Shown here: positions 32,057 through 34,890 of the stretch, in pieces | How the letters are laid out: each line of letters starts with the position of its first letter | Numbering within the stretch: the first letter of the stretch is position 1 | Origin: a virus | IMG/VR virus record: IMGVR_UViG_3300043372_000028 | Direction: 5' to 3' (one strand) | Length of the DNA stretch: 34,890 bases | Position numbers and translations under genes: made by a program | The notes under the pieces: generated by a model | Told to the model about the DNA's origin: nothing | The model's input: only the letters and a program-made list of their open reading frames with translations | Databases searched by the model: none

Positions 32057-34118
32057 AACAATAGCCAAAGCCCTGGGCAACGCGAAGAAGGTGAACGGGA
32101 ACTGGCTGGCGAGTTGCCCTGTAGCTGGGCATGGCCGCGGCAATGGGGACAAGAACCCGTCCCTCTCCATCAAGGAAGACAATGGCAAGCTACTGTTTCA
32201 TTGCCACGGTGGGTGCGACCAGCACTCTGTATTTGACGCTGTCAGGGAACGCAACCTATTGCCAGCACTCCAGCGCCAGGAGTACAGTCTTGCGCTTATC
32301 AAAGGTGAATTGATGACTATGCCAACGCTGGAGCAGGAGTGGGAGTACAAGGACGAGGTAGGAGATACCCTATTTGTAAAGCGCCGGTTCAAAGTAAATT
32401 CTGAAAAAGGCAAGACGTACAGCTTGCATAAGGTAGATGCTGCAGGCAGACGCCAGGGCAGCATGACAGGGGCAAGGATAGTTCCCTACCGCCTACCGGA
32501 ACTGATCAACGCTCGAGAAGCTGGCCGCGCCATCTACCTGGTGGAGGGCGAGAAGGCAGCGGATGCACTGGTCAGCATAGGAGCCATTGCCACAACGTCT
32601 CACGCTGGTGCAAGCCATTGGCCGGCAGACATCACCCAGTATTTCACCGGCGCGGTGGTGATCGTAGTCCCAGACTGCGATCTGCCAGGTTGGAAGTACG
32701 CCAAGCGGGTAGTGGAGGCGCTCCTACCTGTCGCCAAAGCAATCCGAGTGCTGGACTTCAACCTACCGGAACTGGGTGACGATGCCTACGAGTGGGTAGC
32801 GGATGGCGGGGACAGGTCCAAACTGGCAGAACTAGCCAAGGCGTTGCCGGTGGTCACCAGCATAGACCAGGTACAGACGCCAGAGTGGATTGTTCCGCGG
32901 GAAACTATCGAAGTTACGCTAGAACCCGATAACTTAGATAGAACTGAGCCGCCCATCCTAGTACCACGGCAATTGCTCAACATCGAGGCCTGGGATGACA
33001 TTGAGGACGAGCCGGTGGAGTGGCTGATAGACAACGTGCTGCCGAAGAAGGCGTTTTGCGCTTTGTATGGGCCGCCAGGCAGCTACAAGTCCTTTGTCGC
33101 GCTGGACATTGCCGAGGCGGTGGCAACAGGCAGGCCGTGGATGGGGCGGGAGGTGCAAGCTGCAGGGGCAGTGCTGTACATCTGCGGGGAGGGATTTGGC
33201 GGCATCGGCGCCAGGATCAAAGCCTGCAAGCTGCACAACCGCACTCAGGCCGGCGCAGAAATCTACGTCATCAGGGCGGCAATCAACATGAGATCGAGCG
33301 CGGAGGACTTTGATCTGCTGGTGGCCTCGATCAAAGACCTTATGGAGAAGACAGGCGTCCAGTTCGAACTGGTGCAGATTGACACGTTAGCTAGGGCGTT
33401 TGGCGGTGGCAACGAGAACAACTCAGAGGACATGGGAGCATTTATCCACAACGCGGGACGCATTCAGCGGATGCTGGGATGCGCCATGATGGTTTTGCAT
33501 CACTCGGGTAAGGATGCCACTAAGGGATTACGGGGACACAGCAGCCTGCTGGGAGCCGTGGACACCCAGCTTGAATTGATGAAGATTGACGCTACGCCTA
33601 ACCCATCCAGCCCGATAGCTGGCAGTGGAATCCTCACGATCAGCAAGCAGAAGGATGGCCAGGACGGGCTAAAGATAGGCTTTGAGATGGTGAAGGTGGA
33701 GATTAAGGGCAGCGCATTGGGCATCAGCGACGCCCAGATCAGCCTGGCGGTCAGGGCCAGTGACGAGGCGCTGAAGCAGGAGATGCAGCAGCAAGCAGTA
33801 GAGCGCCAATCCAAGCCACGCAAGCTACAGGAGAACCAGCAAGCGGCGCTGGACTCCATCCACGATGCCATAAAGAAGAATGGGCATATGACAAATGTGG
33901 GTGAGGAGCGCCACAAGACGGTGACGGTAGCTGAGTGGAAAGAGGCATTCGCCAAGCTAAAGGGTGACAGCAAGTCCATCGACAGCGACTTTTACCGTGG
34001 AAAGAAGGCGATGTTTGCCAAGAAGCTGGTCGGGTATCACGAGACGGATGTAGCGAATTACTGCTGGGTAATCTACCGCGATAGTGACAAAGATGAGCCG
34101 TTTGTGGCATCAGATTGA
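32046..34118 (+). CDS. Bifunctional primase-helicase (zinc finger + TOPRIM + RecA/DnaB-like NTPase)
   Basis: 690 aa from ATG 32046, with AGGAG 8 nt upstream. Zinc finger CPVAGH...FHCHGGC. TOPRIM-like IYLVEGEKAADAL ... VVPDCDLPG. Walker A YGPPGSYKS. Walker B-like ELVQIDTLA. Confidence 0.85.
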   Translation: MDTETIAKALGNAKKVNGNWLASCPVAGHGRGNGDKNPSLSIKEDNGKLLFHCHGGCDQHSVFDAVRERNLLPALQRQEYSLALIKGELMTMPTLEQEWEYKDEVGDTLFVKRRFKVNSEKGKTYSLHKVDAAGRRQGSMTGARIVPYRLPELINAREAGRAIYLVEGEKAADALVSIGAIATTSHAGASHWPADITQYFTGAVVIVVPDCDLPGWKYAKRVVEALLPVAKAIRVLDFNLPELGDDAYEWVADGGDRSKLAELAKALPVVTSIDQVQTPEWIVPRETIEVTLEPDNLDRTEPPILVPRQLLNIEAWDDIEDEPVEWLIDNVLPKKAFCALYGPPGSYKSFVALDIAEAVATGRPWMGREVQAAGAVLYICGEGFGGIGARIKACKLHNRTQAGAEIYVIRAAINMRSSAEDFDLLVASIKDLMEKTGVQFELVQIDTLARAFGGGNENNSEDMGAFIHNAGRIQRMLGCAMMVLHHSGKDATKGLRGHSSLLGAVDTQLELMKIDATPNPSSPIAGSGILTISKQKDGQDGLKIGFEMVKVEIKGSALGISDAQISLAVRASDEALKQEMQQQAVERQSKPRKLQENQQAALDSIHDAIKKNGHMTNVGEERHKTVTVAEWKEAFAKLKGDSKSIDSDFYRGKKAMFAKKLVGYHETDVANYCWVIYRDSDKDEPFVASD

Positions 34119-34148
34119 TAGGCAACTTGCGAAGTTGACTATGGAAAT

Positions 34149-34164
34149 ATAGGCAGCTGCCTAT
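34149..34164. repeat. Perfect 16-bp palindrome ATAGGCAGCTGCCTAT
   Basis: Read directly. It is preceded by GAAAT, as is the second copy. Confidence 0.9.
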
Positions 34165-34202
34165 GTACTTATGTTTGGAATATATAGGCAACTCAGTGAA
34201 AT

Positions 34203-34218
34203 ATAGGCAGTTGCCTAT
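34203..34218. repeat. Near-palindrome ATAGGCAGTTGCCTAT (one central change relative to 34149..34164)
   Basis: Read directly. It starts 54 bp after the first palindrome and has the same GAAAT flank. Confidence 0.9.
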
Positions 34219-34262
34219 GCTGCAAGTTGCACAGGAATAGGTAAAAACCTAGTCAACTTACA

Positions 34263-34285
34263 ACTTCTTGCTTAATGCAAGAAGT
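34263..34285. repeat. Hairpin-forming inverted repeat: 9-bp stem, 5-nt loop
   Basis: acttcttgc ttaat gcaagaagt. It sits inside a longer imperfect inverted repeat bounded by TAGTCAAC (34250) and GTTGACTA (34297). Confidence 0.8.
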
Positions 34286-34349
34286 AAGTTAACTAGGTTG
34301 ACTACCTCGGAATTGGTGATGGTGAAGTTGACTAGGTAAAGGGTTGGAG

Positions 34350-34890
34350 ATGGCAACGAAGAAATTATTGGAGACTGACGTGTATCCGAGCGACCGTTTC
34401 AAAGTCTTTGAGCATTCGCTCATGGTTGAGATGGAGATCGCAAAGATGGAGCATGAGAAGACCTGGGGCATTGACCGAGTGATTGACCTGGTGGATGCCG
34501 AGTTCCGAAGAAAAGTCAACGCACAGCGTGAACGGATGTGGGAGGCGAGTCAGGCGAGGGACGAGGAACGGTTAGAGAAGGCCATCAGGGGAATGATTGC
34601 TGCATATAAGGCGCTCACCAGGTGGGCGACTGAGGCAGGCATTGAGCAGATGCCTAAAATCGACTGCATGGAACACCGAATGAGTGACGGGAGCCTGATG
34701 GTGATCGTCAGGGATAAGAGAACAGCGACCTGGTACGAGCAATTCCGCAAGGAGCCAGGCGCGAGGTCGATCTGGACACTCGCGGAGATTGAGTTAGTGA
34801 TGACGGGTCCGACATTGAAACAGGTACGCGAGATCAAAGCAGCACTGCCAGGTACGACAATGGTTCCCGTGACGCCGCAAGGTTCCAGCG
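34350..34890 (+). CDS. Hypothetical protein, 5' part of an ORF that runs off the window end and continues at 128..234 (215 aa once the circle is closed)
   Basis: ATG at 34350 preceded by GGAG-like ggttggaga. The frame is open to the window end, and position 34764 (= position 1) is in phase with the 34..234 ORF. No motif recognised. Confidence 0.65.
   Translation, partial: MATKKLLETDVYPSDRFKVFEHSLMVEMEIAKMEHEKTWGIDRVIDLVDAEFRRKVNAQRERMWEASQARDEERLEKAIRGMIAAYKALTRWATEAGIEQMPKIDCMEHRMSDGSLMVIVRDKRTATWYEQFRKEPGARSIWTLAEIELVMTGPTLKQVREIKAALPGTTMVPVTPQGSS
34764..34890. repeat. Terminal direct repeat, copy 2 (identical to 1..127)
   Basis: Same comparison as copy 1. An exact overlap of fixed length fits an assembler k-mer overlap on a circular contig. 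Confidence 0.95.

Larger units (their letters stand above)
34118..34334. repeat. Repeat/palindrome cluster in the 231-bp intergenic region; candidate replication origin or regulatory hub
   Basis: ATAGGCA-containing sites at 34118, 34149, 34184 and 34203. GTTGACTA at 34134, 34297 and 34327, plus an inverted copy at 34250. Hairpin at 34263..34285. Confidence 0.6.

Noticed and set aside
1-34890. Lysogeny module, tRNA genes, CRISPR array, DGR reverse transcriptase or transposase
   Set aside because: I looked for integrase/recombinase motifs, CI-like repressors, tRNA-like cloverleaf sequence (GTTCRANYC), spacer-separated repeats and RT motifs (YxDD). None was found.

Overview
The window is one complete dsDNA phage genome. 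Its first and last 127 nt are identical, so it closes into a circle of 34,763 bp, most likely an assembly overlap. Gene content looks podovirus-like: no tape measure, sheath or tail tube genes, and four large low-complexity proteins that I take to be internal/ejection proteins. Genes are tightly packed, with many ATGA/GTGA/TAATG stop-start overlaps.

Layout:
- **Plus-strand late block.** It starts at 34350, crosses the junction and ends at 24303. It holds TerS, an unusual 382-bp repeat-rich spacer, TerL, small proteins, a glycosyltransferase plus SAM-methyltransferase pair, portal, scaffold, major capsid and a terminator. These are followed by a second glycosyltransferase, an adaptor-like protein, tail fibres (one with an S74 chaperone domain) and a lysis cassette embedded in the structural genes. 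The block ends with a jelly-roll-like fibre candidate, a 492-aa tail protein and the internal proteins.
- **Lone minus-strand wHTH gene** at 24289..24660.
- **Short plus-strand unit** (24711..25962) with an HTH-metallophosphoesterase fusion and a hyper-acidic protein.
- **Minus-strand operon** (28392 down to 25959) of very small, translationally coupled genes.
- **Plus-strand early/replication operon** (28532..34118) with Cro-like HTH, RuvC-like resolvase, DUF2800-type PD-(D/E)XK nuclease, SSB-like protein, C5 cytosine methyltransferase and primase-helicase, followed by an iteron/palindrome-rich candidate origin.

I recognised no integrase, CI-type repressor, DNA polymerase, RNA polymerase, tRNA or CRISPR array.

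Most notable observations:
1. The C5-methyltransferase gene is overlapped over its full length by a second, protein-like 294-codon ORF in another frame. A 6-codon upstream ORF ends in an ATGA overlap on that second start.
2. A gene just upstream of the holin reads through only with a -1 shift at a dnaX-type A_AAA_AAG heptamer.
3. Glycosyltransferase and methyltransferase genes sit inside the head-morphogenesis module.
4. There are repeat-dense non-coding regions at terS/terL and after the helicase gene.

All functional calls come from reading motifs by eye; no searches were run.
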